DNA of 64,000 nucleotides from Candidatus Eiseniibacteriota bacterium (GCA_005893275.1 VBOW01000013.1:69387-133386), one strand, 5' to 3'. Numbered from the stretch's first letter, positions 16,820-27,030 are shown. Program-made: numbers and translations. Notes: generated by a model not told the origin, from the sequence alone.

Positions 16820-18383
16820 CCTCGCGCCGGCCCCGCCGGCCGCACCCGGTGTCACCAACGCGCCTCCCATCCTCTCCGTGATCGACGTGGGAGCGAGCGG
16901 CGTGCGGATGCTGCTCGCCGAGCTCAAGGCGGACGGATCCGCGCGCATCCTCGAGGACGTGCAGAAGCCGCTCGCGCTCGGCCGCGAGACGTTTCGCACC
17001 GGGACCCTGTCGGCGGCGAGCATCCAGAAGGCGGTCAACATCCTCCGCCAATATCGCGCCATGATGGACGGCTACGGCGTGACCCACACACGCGCGGTGG
17101 CGACGAGCGCCGTGCGCGCGGCCCTGAACCGCGACACGTTTGTCGACCGGGTATTTCTCGCGACGGGAATCGAGGTCGAGGTCATCGAGGGCTCTCAGGA
17201 GACCCTGCTCACGTTCGCGGCGGTGCAGCAGGCGCTCGGGGCGCAGCCCGACTTCGCCCGGGAGCATTCGTTGATGTTCGAGCTCGGCGCGGGCGCGACC
17301 GAATGGGCCCTCATGCGCGACGGGGAGGTGGCCGGTTCCCTCACGTACGATCTCGGCACGCTCAAGATGCGGGAGCTCCTCCGCGCGGAAAGTGGCGACC
17401 GGCGGGCCATGACGCGTCTCATCCAGCACAACGTTCGCGAGATGATGCACGCGGTGAAGCGGACCCTTCCCTTCGAGAAGGTGGCGAACCTGATCGCCAT
17501 CGGCCCCGAGGCGCGCTTCGCGGCGCGCGCCCTCGGAGGGGAGGGGGAGCTTGCCGCGGTCTCGGCGAAGGATCTAAGAACCCTGGCGGACCGGATCCTC
17601 ACGATGACCCCTGCCGAGGTCGCGGCATCCTTCTCCATCACCAGTCTCGAGGCCGAATCGCTGGCGCCGGCCTTCCTCGCCTACGCCGAGCTGATCCGCC
17701 TGAATCCCGTCGACCGGCTCCTCGTGGCGCGCGCGAGCATCCGCGACGGGCTCCTGCTACAGATGGGAAAGTCGATCCAGAGCGGCTCGGCCGTGTTTTT
17801 TCCCGAGCAGACGATCACGGCGGCCCTGAACCTCGCGCGCAAGTACCACGCGGACGAGCGCCACGGGCTCCACACGGCCGCGCTCGCGCGTGCCATATTC
17901 GACGCGACGCACGCGCAGCACGGGATGGGGGAAGGGGAGAGGCTGCTGCTCCAAGTCGCCTCGATCGTGCATGACATCGGAACCTACGTGGCCGCCCGCG
18001 GGCACCATCGCCACGCGTACTATCTCCTCATCAATTCCGAAGTGTTCGGTCTATCCAGGATGGACCTTGAGATCGTGGCCAACGTTGCCCGGTACCACCG
18101 CAAGGGCGGTCCGCAGTCCGATCATCCGGCGTATGCGGCGCTCCCGAGGGGGGCCCGACTCACCGTGAATCGGCTCTCGGCCATCCTCCGAGTCGCCGAC
18201 GCTCTGGACAAGGGACATGCGCAGCGGATCCAGAATCCGAAGATCTCGATCGAAGACGCCGAGCTTCGGATCGACGTCGAGGGGGCCGAAGACGTGGCGC
18301 TCGAGCGGTTGACCCTCGATCAGAAGGGGGCCCTTTTCGAGGAAGTATTCGGGCTGAAACCGGTGTTGCGGGAGACCGCGTGA
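16812..18383 (+). CDS. Ppx/GppA-family exopolyphosphatase with C-terminal HD-like domain (copy 2)
   Basis: 8-nt overlap with copy 1. IDVGASGVRMLLAE, ATSAVRAALN. C-terminal IVHDIGTYVAARGHHRHAYYLL...ARYHRK. Confidence 0.85.
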   Translation: MVDLAPAPPAAPGVTNAPPILSVIDVGASGVRMLLAELKADGSARILEDVQKPLALGRETFRTGTLSAASIQKAVNILRQYRAMMDGYGVTHTRAVATSAVRAALNRDTFVDRVFLATGIEVEVIEGSQETLLTFAAVQQALGAQPDFAREHSLMFELGAGATEWALMRDGEVAGSLTYDLGTLKMRELLRAESGDRRAMTRLIQHNVREMMHAVKRTLPFEKVANLIAIGPEARFAARALGGEGELAAVSAKDLRTLADRILTMTPAEVAASFSITSLEAESLAPAFLAYAELIRLNPVDRLLVARASIRDGLLLQMGKSIQSGSAVFFPEQTITAALNLARKYHADERHGLHTAALARAIFDATHAQHGMGEGERLLLQVASIVHDIGTYVAARGHHRHAYYLLINSEVFGLSRMDLEIVANVARYHRKGGPQSDHPAYAALPRGARLTVNRLSAILRVADALDKGHAQRIQNPKISIEDAELRIDVEGAEDVALERLTLDQKGALFEEVFGLKPVLRETA

Positions 18384-20488
18384 CCGACGGCGCCGCCCCG
18401 TCCGAGCCGCGCACCTTGAGCCGCGCCCTGACCTGGCTCGGCTTCAACGGGCGGGTGCTCGAGGAGGCGCAGGATCCGACGTTGCCCGTTCTGGAACGCG
18501 CTCGATTCCTCGGCATCTTCTTCTCGAACCTGGACGAGTTCTTCATGATCCGCGTCGCGGGGCTCCGCGAGGCGATGGCGGCCGGCGTGGACCGCGAGGG
18601 GCCGGGGGAAGAGGCCACAGCGGCGATCCTGGCGCAGATCGGGCAGCGCTGCCAGGACCTGGTGCGGCTCGCCTACGGGACCTATGAGCGCGAGATCGGG
18701 CCCACGCTCCGCGAGAGCGGGGTCCATTTCCTGAGCGCCGAGGAATTCACGCCGAAGGAGCGCGGGTTTCTGGACCGCCTCTTCGCGCGTGAGATCATGC
18801 CGATCTTGACGCCGGCGGCGGTCGAGCCCGGGCTGCCCTTTCCGCACGTCACCAATTTCTCGCTCTGCTTCGCGATCCAGCTTGCACGCGAAGGCTCCTC
18901 GGAGCGTTTCGCGCTGGTCCAGCTTCCCAGGCAGTACACGCGATGGATCCAGGTTGGAAGCCGTGGCGGCTTCCACTTCGCTTTCCTCGAGGACGTCGTT
19001 CGCCACCATCTGGCCGAGTTGTTCCCGGGCCACGAAATCCGGGAGGCGGCTCTGTTTCGCGTGACGCGCGACGCCGACTTCGCGACCGACGACCAGGAGG
19101 CCGAGGATCTCCTCGACGCGGTGAAGCATGTCTTGAAGCAGCGCCGGGGCGGCGATCCGGTGCGCCTCGAACTGGAGGCCTCGGCGAGCGGGGAGATCGC
19201 CGAACGGCTGGCGGCGTTCTTCCGGCTCGAGCCGGAGAGCGTCTATCGACTCCCCGGGCCGCTCGACCTCAAGTTCCTCATCGAATTCACTCGAGTCACG
19301 TCGCTCCCCGCGCCGCGGGCGGCGCCCTGGCCGCCGCAGCCCTCGCCCGACATCCCGTCCGGCGACGCGATCTGGGAGGCGATCGCCGAGCGCGACTTCC
19401 TTCTGTTTCATCCCTACGAGAGCTTCGAGCCCGTGCTTCGGCTCCTCCGGCTCGCGTCGGAGGAGCCGTCCGTGCTCGCGATCAAGCAGGTGCTCTACCG
19501 CACCGCATCCAACTCGGAGGTCGTGCGCGCGCTCGAGCGAGCCGCCGAAAACGGAAAGCAGGTGACCGCCCTCCTCGAGCTTCAGGCGCGGTTCGACGAG
19601 GAGCGGAACGCGAATTGGGCGCAGCGGCTCGAGGACGCTGGAGTGCAGGTGCTCTACGGCCTCGCGGGGCTCAAGACCCACGCGAAGGCGCTCCTGATCG
19701 TGCGGCGCGGTCCCGGAGGAATCGAGCGGTACGCCCACCTGGGCACGGGGAACTACAACGAGCGGACGGTCCTCGAGTACTCCGATTTGAGTCTTCTCAC
19801 CGCCAACGAGGATATCTGCTCCGATCTGACCGCGTTCTTCAACGTCGTCACGGGCTATTCGGAACCGCTTCCCTGGAGGAGGATCGCGATGGCGCCCCTC
19901 GGGCTGCGCTCCCGAATCCTGAGCTTGATCCGGCGCGAGATCGAGAAATCGACGCCGGAAGATCCGGGCCAGATCCGGGCGAAAATGAACGCGCTCGTGG
20001 ATGAGCCAATCGTCGACGCGCTTTACGAAGCCTCGAACGCCGGGGTGAGAATCCTCCTCAACGTGCGCGGCTCCTGTCTCCTGCGCCCGGGCGTGAAAGG
20101 AATGAGCGAGCACATCCGCGTCGTTTCGATCGTGGACCGGTTTCTCGAGCACAGCCGCATCTTCGAGTTCCGGAACGGGGGCGACGTGGAGACGTTCCTC
20201 GGGAGCGCGGACTGGATGCCGCGCAACCTGGACCGCCGCGTGGAGCTCGTGTTCCCCGTCATCGACCCGGAGCTGCGCGCGCGCCTGGCGCGCATCCTCG
20301 ACGTGCTCTTCGCGGACAACGTGAAGGCGCGGGAGCTCCGTGCGGACGGATCCCTGGCGAAGCGGTTGAGCCGCCGCCGGCCCGTTCGCGCGCAGGAGGT
20401 GTTCTGGGAGGAGGCGCGGGCGCGCGCGGAGGGGCGCGGCGAGGCGGACCGCGGCGCCTTCGTTCCGCTTCGAAGCGTGCCGGACTAG
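18380..20488 (+). CDS. ppk: Polyphosphate kinase 1
   Basis: About 700 aa. NGRVLEEAQDPTLPVLERARFLGIFFSNLDEFFMIRV, KTHAKALLIVRR, HLGTGNYN, RFLEHSRIF. GTGA overlap with ppx copy 2. Confidence 0.95.
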   Translation: MTDGAAPSEPRTLSRALTWLGFNGRVLEEAQDPTLPVLERARFLGIFFSNLDEFFMIRVAGLREAMAAGVDREGPGEEATAAILAQIGQRCQDLVRLAYGTYEREIGPTLRESGVHFLSAEEFTPKERGFLDRLFAREIMPILTPAAVEPGLPFPHVTNFSLCFAIQLAREGSSERFALVQLPRQYTRWIQVGSRGGFHFAFLEDVVRHHLAELFPGHEIREAALFRVTRDADFATDDQEAEDLLDAVKHVLKQRRGGDPVRLELEASASGEIAERLAAFFRLEPESVYRLPGPLDLKFLIEFTRVTSLPAPRAAPWPPQPSPDIPSGDAIWEAIAERDFLLFHPYESFEPVLRLLRLASEEPSVLAIKQVLYRTASNSEVVRALERAAENGKQVTALLELQARFDEERNANWAQRLEDAGVQVLYGLAGLKTHAKALLIVRRGPGGIERYAHLGTGNYNERTVLEYSDLSLLTANEDICSDLTAFFNVVTGYSEPLPWRRIAMAPLGLRSRILSLIRREIEKSTPEDPGQIRAKMNALVDEPIVDALYEASNAGVRILLNVRGSCLLRPGVKGMSEHIRVVSIVDRFLEHSRIFEFRNGGDVETFLGSADWMPRNLDRRVELVFPVIDPELRARLARILDVLFADNVKARELRADGSLAKRLSRRRPVRAQEVFWEEARARAEGRGEADRGAFVPLRSVPD

Positions 20489-20518
20489 CGGCGCCGAAAT
20501 GCGCCTTCCGTGCCGCGG

Positions 20519-22084
20519 TCAATACCTCACGTCTGCCGCGAATCGCGCGAGCCAGGCCTCGCGGTCGTGCCCTCCCAGATTTCCTTCGTTTCGAATGCGG
20601 CGAAATCCGACGCCGACGCTCAGGTCCACGTTGTCGCGCGGCATCCACCTCGCGTCCCCCCACACCTCGCGACGCTCCTCCACGATTCCGGAGAGCCCCA
20701 CCGTCGAGACCGCTCCCTGGGAGGGATACCAGGGCACGCCGAGCCTTCCCTCCCCGTGATTGGTGAAATCGCCGCTCCAGCGGAGCTGCCACTCCCGCGA
20801 GAGGTCGAACGCCGACTCGAGGAATACGTTCTCCGCGTCGGGCCCCAAGGCGAAGCCGAGCGGGCGGCCCCGGTAGATGAAGTCCTGACCGTAGTCCACG
20901 CTGTAGGTGAAGTTTCGAACGCGCGTGTATTCGCCGAGAAAATGCACGTAGTGGGCGCCGTACGGGCGCTCGCTTCGAAACCCGAGCTGGTACGCGATCC
21001 GGTTCGGCATGTTGGCGCTCTCGGTGGCGTAATCGTCCACGAGCAGCTCGCCGTAGAGCGTCAGTCCGCGCCAGACGCGGAACGAGGCGTCGGCCGAGGC
21101 CATCGCGTTCGCCCGCTCGAGCGCGCGCAGCGAGTCCCTGGAGGCGTCGCGAATCCGGATCCGCTCGACGATCGTGTAGGGAAGGAGCCCCGAGGCGTAG
21201 AGAAGGTCGATTCCGCTCGCCGCGTAGCGCGCGGCCTCCGCGAGCCCGACCGTGATCCGCGGCGCGACATCGAGCTCGAGCCGATGCGCCGCGAGGAAGC
21301 GGTGGTCGGCGGCCGAGACCACGCCGGTCATCGCGGTGCCCGTCACGCTGACCCTGCCGCGGACGGCGCCCTGCATCAAGAAAAAGGTCATCGGCCCCGC
21401 CGCGTCGGAGAGAAGAAGGGTGCCCCGCCGGCCCGGACCCCAGCGGACCGCGTCGTACCCCAGGGCGGCCGTGAGGCGGTTCACGCGCCCGGTCAGCTCG
21501 CCGCGCAAGACCGAGGCCTCGAGGTCCGTATGGAGCGCGATGGCGTCGATGAACTCTCTCTGGCCCCGGATCCGGGTCACGCCCAGCTCCTCGTACGCTC
21601 CGAACCCCGGCCAAAGCTGAAGGCTCATCCGTGCGGCTATGGAGGATTCGTCCCGGAGCCGGAAGTGCCCGGCCGCGCGCTTCTCGTCGAAATCGCCGCG
21701 CGCGTGCCCCGCGAGCGCGACGCGAAAGCGCTGGTCACGCATGCCCAGGTCGAGAAGCGGTCCGGTTTCCCTCTCCCCCGGTTCGGAACCCGTCTCGGCG
21801 ATCTCGCGCGCCAACTCGCGCGTAAGCCGCCGGAAATGCAAATCCGATTCCAGCGCCGGGAAGGCTTGCCGGGCTTCCAGGAGCGCCCGCGCGATATCCA
21901 CGCGCGCCAGAGGCCTCGTGTGGATCGGGTAGGATGGAACGAGACCTCGCGCGACGAGGGCTTCGAGGTCTTCATAGAGGGCGTGCGTGGTGGGAAGGAA
22001 CTCCGCAGGCTCCGCGAATGCGGCGGAGAATCCCGCGCCGAGCGCGAGCGCGCCCAGGAGGAGCCCGGCCAAGGCGAAGCGCAT
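20519..22084 (-). CDS. Capsule-assembly Wzi-like outer-membrane protein (paralog 2)
   Basis: Signal peptide MRFALAGLLLGALALGAGFSAAFA, then ALYEDLEALVARGLVP...RVDIARALLEA and a beta-rich body. Same organisation as 9933..11543. The opposite-strand ORF 20510..22216 is judged a shadow ORF. Confidence 0.5.
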   Translation of the reverse strand: MRFALAGLLLGALALGAGFSAAFAEPAEFLPTTHALYEDLEALVARGLVPSYPIHTRPLARVDIARALLEARQAFPALESDLHFRRLTRELAREIAETGSEPGERETGPLLDLGMRDQRFRVALAGHARGDFDEKRAAGHFRLRDESSIAARMSLQLWPGFGAYEELGVTRIRGQREFIDAIALHTDLEASVLRGELTGRVNRLTAALGYDAVRWGPGRRGTLLLSDAAGPMTFFLMQGAVRGRVSVTGTAMTGVVSAADHRFLAAHRLELDVAPRITVGLAEAARYAASGIDLLYASGLLPYTIVERIRIRDASRDSLRALERANAMASADASFRVWRGLTLYGELLVDDYATESANMPNRIAYQLGFRSERPYGAHYVHFLGEYTRVRNFTYSVDYGQDFIYRGRPLGFALGPDAENVFLESAFDLSREWQLRWSGDFTNHGEGRLGVPWYPSQGAVSTVGLSGIVEERREVWGDARWMPRDNVDLSVGVGFRRIRNEGNLGGHDREAWLARFAADVRY

Positions 22085-22312
22085 GGCCGGGCATCCTATC
22101 GGCGCCCGGTCCACGGGTCAAACCCAAGGAAGCCCGCGGCCGTGTGGACGGATGACCACAGGGATGTAAACCGGGCGCCGCGGGCGTCCCTGTCCGGTAC
22201 GGTGATAGGGGTCTAACTCATGAAATCACAGCGCGATGATTCATGGCACGGGGGCTGCATTCGGCCGGGCATGGCCCCAAGTCCGGACCCCACATCGTTC
22301 AGGAGGAGGAAC

Positions 22313-23086
22313 ATGCGTATCGTCGCAGCCATGGTGGCGCTCGCCTTCACGGTGGGCAGCGCGTCGGCTTCCCAGCTCGACTTCCAGCCGGGTGCGCTCG
22401 GCACGGGTGGCTCGCAATTCAAGCACACCGGGCCGCAGTCGACTCTTCTCACAAACGGACCGATTCGTCACCGGCGTCCCTATCGCGGGCATGACTATGG
22501 CTACGGCTACCGCGGGCCCGAGTATTTCGCGACCTTGGGCGCGGGGAGATTCGACCCATCCGACCAGCCGGGGACCGGGCTTTACGTGAACGGAAGCGTC
22601 GGGTCCGTTTTTGCCGACCAGTTGGACCTCGGAATTCAGCTCTCCTGGTATCACCGCTCCACCGGCGGCGAAGAGTTCGTCCGACAAGGAGATCTACCGG
22701 ACGGCACTCACGTCACGACGGTTGTCAGGACGCGATCCATCGACACGAATCTCGTCCCGCTCATGGGAACCCTTCGCGTGCGCATTCCCGTGACCCCCCA
22801 GTTCGAGCCCTACGTGGGCGGAGGTCTGGGCTGGGAGTGGCTCACGATCGAAGGAACGGACGAGAACGGTGTCGACTTTCGAAACGATTACGACGGCTTC
22901 GGAGCGCAGGTGTTCACCGGTGCCAATCTGAACCTCGCGCGGCAGACCTCGCTCTACGGGGAGGCGGTCTGGAACGCGAGCACGCCCAAAGCGGAGTTCT
23001 TCGATCCCTCGATCGGCCAGACCGTTCGTGAGGAAGCGGATTTTGACGGGATCGCATTTCACGGCGGACTCCGGTTCATGTTCTAG
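22313..23086 (+). CDS. Outer-membrane beta-barrel protein (OmpW/porin-like)
   Basis: ATG 22313 preceded by AGGAGGAGG. Signal peptide MRIVAAMVALAFTVGSASA. Alternating beta pattern. C-terminal GGLRFMF. Confidence 0.6.
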   Translation: MRIVAAMVALAFTVGSASASQLDFQPGALGTGGSQFKHTGPQSTLLTNGPIRHRRPYRGHDYGYGYRGPEYFATLGAGRFDPSDQPGTGLYVNGSVGSVFADQLDLGIQLSWYHRSTGGEEFVRQGDLPDGTHVTTVVRTRSIDTNLVPLMGTLRVRIPVTPQFEPYVGGGLGWEWLTIEGTDENGVDFRNDYDGFGAQVFTGANLNLARQTSLYGEAVWNASTPKAEFFDPSIGQTVREEADFDGIAFHGGLRFMF

Positions 23087-23191
23087 TTGTCGCGGGCTCG
23101 CCTCTGGGCTACTTTGCTCGCGGGGAGTCGGCGTCCAAGGTACGGCCGGGGCGACCCGCGCCACGCTCGAATCACTGAGGGGGTTTCCGCG

Positions 23192-23746
23192 ATGAAGCGA
23201 AACGGATCGTTTCTGGTGGCGCTCGTGGTCGGATTGGGCCTTTCGTCGTCCGCCGCGTTCGCGGCAGCGGCGCCGGCGCCCGAAGGCCACGGGCTCGGGT
23301 TTCAGGGGCTCGGAGCCCGCTTAGGATTTGTGGATCCCGAAGGCGCGAGCAGCACCGTCGCCCTCGGCGTGCACATCGACGCGGGCGAGTTCGTGAGAAA
23401 CGTCCACGTCATCCCGATGGTCGAGTACTGGAAGGTCGGTGTCGGCGGCTCGGATATCAGCGATTTCACCCTCGCGACCGACATCAACGTCGACTTCCCG
23501 GTGGAAGGAGGCAGGCTGATTCCGTACGCGGGCGGCGGCCTCGGGCTTCACATCATCAAATTCGACGTGCCTCCCGGATTCCTAGGCGACACCTCGGACA
23601 CGAAGCTCGGCCTGAATGTCCAGGGAGGCATCAAGAACCAGGTGATGCCGAACCTCGGGATCTTCGGCGAGGTCGGATATTCCTTCGTGTCCGACGTCAA
23701 CCAGCTCAAGGTCATGGGCGGGTTCACGTACAACTTCATCTACTAG
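23192..23746 (+). CDS. Small outer-membrane beta-barrel protein
   Basis: Signal peptide MKRNGSFLVALVVGLGLSSSAAFA. 8-strand-sized body. C-terminal GGFTYNFIY (aromatic terminus). Confidence 0.6.
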   Translation: MKRNGSFLVALVVGLGLSSSAAFAAAAPAPEGHGLGFQGLGARLGFVDPEGASSTVALGVHIDAGEFVRNVHVIPMVEYWKVGVGGSDISDFTLATDINVDFPVEGGRLIPYAGGGLGLHIIKFDVPPGFLGDTSDTKLGLNVQGGIKNQVMPNLGIFGEVGYSFVSDVNQLKVMGGFTYNFIY

Positions 23747-23766
23747 CAAAAGGACGGTGAATCCAT

Positions 23767-24600
23767 ATGAAGCCTATTCGGATTCTAGGATGCTCGCTCC
23801 TGGCGGTCCTCTTGGCGTTCGCGGTCTCGGCTTGCCAGAAGAAGGCGCAAACGGACATGTCCCAGGCGAACGATTCGACGCAGATCGGCCAGGGATACGG
23901 CACGGAAACGCCTCCGGAGCAGACCGCGCCACCCGAGCCGGGCAAGCAAGGAGCGGCCCCGCCGAAGGGCACGAAGGCGGCGCACCCGAGCGGCTCCTCG
24001 TCGAGCGGCACCAAGGGCTCGTCGAGCACCCCGAGCAACCCGTCCACGTATGCGAGCGAGCGGACCACCGAGATCCCGGCCGGAACGACCTTCGATATCG
24101 AGATGATCACCCCGGTCGACACCCGGACGTCCAACACCGGGGACCGCGTCGAAGGGAAGCTGGCGTCACCGATCACGATTGAGGGCGTCGTTGTAGCGGA
24201 AGCGGGTGCGCGGGTCAGCGGCACGATTTCGGACTTGAAGCGCGCGTCCCGCAGCAAGAGCAAGGACGAGCGCGCGTCGATCATCCTCGAATTCACCTCG
24301 ATCGAAACGGTGGACGGCCCGAAGGCGCTCCACGCGACCGTGGCGAACGCCGAAGGGAAGCTGGTGGCAAAATCCACCAGCTCGCGCGACAAGCTGATCA
24401 TCGGCGGAAGCACGGTCGCCGGCGCGGTCTTCGGCAAGGTCGCGGGCGGGAGCACCAAGAGCACGATCATCGGCGCCGTCGGCGGCGCCGTTGTCGGCAC
24501 CGGCGCCGTTCTGGCATCCAAGGGCCACGAGCTCGAGATTCCGGAGGGCGCGAAGGTGTCGCTCCGGGTCGATAAGCCGATCGTGATCGTCCAGAGATAG
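23767..24600 (+). CDS. Lipoprotein with low-complexity linker and C-terminal glycine-zipper segment
   Basis: Lipobox LAFAVSAC. Pro/Ser/Gly-rich linker. GGSTVAGAVFGKVAGGSTKSTIIGAVGGAVVGTGAV. Confidence 0.55.
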   Translation: MKPIRILGCSLLAVLLAFAVSACQKKAQTDMSQANDSTQIGQGYGTETPPEQTAPPEPGKQGAAPPKGTKAAHPSGSSSSGTKGSSSTPSNPSTYASERTTEIPAGTTFDIEMITPVDTRTSNTGDRVEGKLASPITIEGVVVAEAGARVSGTISDLKRASRSKSKDERASIILEFTSIETVDGPKALHATVANAEGKLVAKSTSSRDKLIIGGSTVAGAVFGKVAGGSTKSTIIGAVGGAVVGTGAVLASKGHELEIPEGAKVSLRVDKPIVIVQR

Positions 24601-24618
24601 GAACAGGCCGAGCGAGCA

Positions 24619-25146
24619 GTGTCGCTCACGAGCGGTAGCACGCTGGTCGACATCGCCTTTCGCACGGCTTTTGTCTACCTGGCGCTTCTCCTGGGGCTCC
24701 GCCTCACCGGGAAGCGCCAGGTCGGACAGATGACCCCCTTCGATTTCCTCCTTCTCCTTCTCCTCGCGAACGCGGTCCAGAACGCGATGACCGGGCCCGA
24801 CACGTCCCTTGCCGGCGGGCTCATGGCCGCGGGCACCCTGTTCGGCGTCAACCTGGTCGTGGCCTGGTTCGTGCAGCGGAGTGGCAAGGCCCAGCGGCTC
24901 ATCGAGGGAAGTCCGACGATTCTCATCCGGCATGGGCGGATCCTGAGCCAGAATCTCGCGCGGGAAGGGGTCACGCGCGATGATCTGCTCCGCTCCTTGC
25001 GGGAACACGGGGTCGACACCGTGGAGGAGGTGCGCTCCGCAATTCTCGAAGTGGACGGTTCGGTCAGCGTTCTCAAGGAAGACGAGTTCCCGAGGATACA
25101 AAGGCCCCACCATCGAATCCGAGGCATACCGCGGCGCACGGCTTGA
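24619..25146 (+). CDS. DUF421 (YetF-like) membrane protein
   Basis: FRTAFVYLALLLGLRLTGKRQVGQMTPFDFLLLLLLANAVQNAM is the characteristic DUF421 N-terminus. GTG start. Confidence 0.7.
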   Translation: MSLTSGSTLVDIAFRTAFVYLALLLGLRLTGKRQVGQMTPFDFLLLLLLANAVQNAMTGPDTSLAGGLMAAGTLFGVNLVVAWFVQRSGKAQRLIEGSPTILIRHGRILSQNLAREGVTRDDLLRSLREHGVDTVEEVRSAILEVDGSVSVLKEDEFPRIQRPHHRIRGIPRRTA

Positions 25147-25214
25147 CACCCCCGCCCCTCGGACCGATACTCGCCCCGCCAATCTGACCTGTTTCCCATT
25201 GCAAGGAGCCGTGG

Positions 25215-26279
25215 ATGGACGCCAGCCACACCTTACTGAAAGAGCTCACCGAGGCCTTCGGTCCTCCCGGACATGAGACCGAGATCGCGGGAATCATGCG
25301 GAGGCACCTGCGCGGCTTGGGGGAGGTGTCCCAGGACCGGCTCGGCAGCGTTATCTGCAGGCAGCGGGGAAAATCGGAAGAGCCGCGCATCATGATGGCC
25401 GGCCACATGGACGAGGTCGGCTTCATGGTCAAGGGCGTCACCAAGGAAGGGTTCGTCAAATTCCTCCCGATGGGAGGTTGGTGGGGCCACGTTCTCCTCG
25501 CGCACAAGGTTCGCATCCGAACCTCCAAAGGGGACGTGCTCGGCGTGGTCGGCTCGAAACCCCCGCACGAGCTTCAAGAGGATGAGCGAAGGAAGGTCAT
25601 GGAGCTGAAGGACATGTTCATCGATGTCGGCGCCACATCCTACTTCGACGTGAAGAAACGCCTCGGAATCCGGCCCGGCGATCCGATCATTCCCGACGCG
25701 CCCTTCTCGGTGATGTCGAACGACCGGCTCTATCTCGCGAAGGCGCTCGACAACCGCGTGGGGTGCGCGCTGGTCGTGGATGCGCTCCGGCGGCTCGCGA
25801 AGGCGCCGCACCCCAACACCGTCTACGGCGTCGCCACCACGATGGAGGAGGTGGGGCTGCGCGGCGCGCAAACGAGCGTCGCGGCGGTCAAGCCCAACGT
25901 CGCGATCGCGCTGGACGTCGGGATCGCGCACGATACACCGGGCTCTCTCGGGGACGGCGACGAGAAGCTGGGTGGCGGCGTGGGCATCTTGGTCTACGAC
26001 GCCTCGATGATTCCCAACGTGAAGCTCCGCAATCTCGCGATCGAGATCTGCGAGAAGCAAAAGATCCCCTTCCACTTGGGCACCGTGGAACGCGGCGGCA
26101 CGGACGCCGGGCGATTCCATATGTACGATACGGGCGTTCCCTCGCTCGTCATCTTCATCCCGACCCGTTACATCCACAGCCATTCCACGATCATGGATCG
26201 CAAAGACTACGACGCCGCGGTGCGGCTTCTGGTCGAGCTGTCGAAGCGCCTGGATCGAAAGACCGTCGAAAGTCTTTAG
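25215..26279 (+). CDS. M42 family metallopeptidase (glutamyl aminopeptidase/FrvX-like)
   Basis: LLKELTEAFGPPGHE, MMAGHMDEVGFMV, ALDNRVGCA, TMEEVGLRGA, TDAG.. and HS.. motifs. About 354 aa. Confidence 0.85.
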   Translation: MDASHTLLKELTEAFGPPGHETEIAGIMRRHLRGLGEVSQDRLGSVICRQRGKSEEPRIMMAGHMDEVGFMVKGVTKEGFVKFLPMGGWWGHVLLAHKVRIRTSKGDVLGVVGSKPPHELQEDERRKVMELKDMFIDVGATSYFDVKKRLGIRPGDPIIPDAPFSVMSNDRLYLAKALDNRVGCALVVDALRRLAKAPHPNTVYGVATTMEEVGLRGAQTSVAAVKPNVAIALDVGIAHDTPGSLGDGDEKLGGGVGILVYDASMIPNVKLRNLAIEICEKQKIPFHLGTVERGGTDAGRFHMYDTGVPSLVIFIPTRYIHSHSTIMDRKDYDAAVRLLVELSKRLDRKTVESL

Positions 26280-26333
26280 CGAACCCGTTGCGGTGCTCGA
26301 GAAGTCGCGGCGCACTCAAGCTACGGAGGACGC

Positions 26334-27005
26334 ATGAATCAGACCGCACGGAGATTTCTCGCGGAGACGATCGGCACGTTCGGCCTCATCTTCTTCGGCG
26401 CGGGCGCCATCATGCAGCATCAGGCGACGCAGTCGGTCGGAACGACGGGGATCGCGGTGGCGCACGGGCTCGCGATCCTGATCGGGGTCTATGCGTTCGG
26501 GCATATCTCCGGAGCCCATTTCAATCCAGCCATCTCGTTCGGAATGTGGGTGACCCGACGGATGGGCCTGGGCAAGATGTTCGTATACTGGGCCGCCCAG
26601 CTTCTCGGTGCTTCGCTCGCTGCCGGAATTCTCAGCTACCTCTACCAGGGGGGGCCGGTCGACGTTCATCTCGGCACCCCGACGGTCGATCCAACGATAG
26701 GATCCAAGACAGGATTCCTGGTCGAGGCGATCCTGACCTTCTTCCTCGTCATCTCGGTGTTCGGTACCGCGGTGGACCCGCGGGCGCCCGGCGGCTTCGC
26801 GGGGCTCGCCATCGGTCTCACGATCACGGCCGATATTCTGATGGGAGGCGGTCTGACCGGGGCCGCCATGAACCCCGCCCGCGCCTTTGGGCCCGCACTT
26901 GCCTCGCATTATTGGCAGGATCAGTGGGTATACTGGGTAGGACCCCTGGCCGGCGGTGGGGTCGCAGCCATTCTCTACGACCGGTTTTTCCTGGCGCGAG
27001 CTTGA
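26334..27005 (+). CDS. aqpZ: Aquaporin (MIP family channel)
   Basis: Two NPA boxes (HFNPAISFG, AMNPARAFGP). Six hydrophobic segments. 223 aa. Confidence 0.9.
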   Translation: MNQTARRFLAETIGTFGLIFFGAGAIMQHQATQSVGTTGIAVAHGLAILIGVYAFGHISGAHFNPAISFGMWVTRRMGLGKMFVYWAAQLLGASLAAGILSYLYQGGPVDVHLGTPTVDPTIGSKTGFLVEAILTFFLVISVFGTAVDPRAPGGFAGLAIGLTITADILMGGGLTGAAMNPARAFGPALASHYWQDQWVYWVGPLAGGGVAAILYDRFFLARA

Positions 27006-27030
27006 CCGTACCCCGCGCGCGGGGGGAGTG

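Noticed and set aside
20510-22216. 568-aa plus-strand ORF competing with the minus-strand Wzi-like gene.
   Set aside because: The plus-strand translation is low-complexity (R/E/P/G). The minus-strand product has a clean signal peptide and an organisation paralogous to 9933..11543, so the minus strand was chosen.
22115-22312. 198-bp divergent intergenic region between Wzi paralog 2 and the OMP gene, checked for small ORFs and RNA structure.
   Set aside because: Only an upstream in-frame extension of the OMP ORF (22220) lacking signal-peptide logic was found. There are no convincing hairpins or motifs, so it was treated as an ordinary promoter region.
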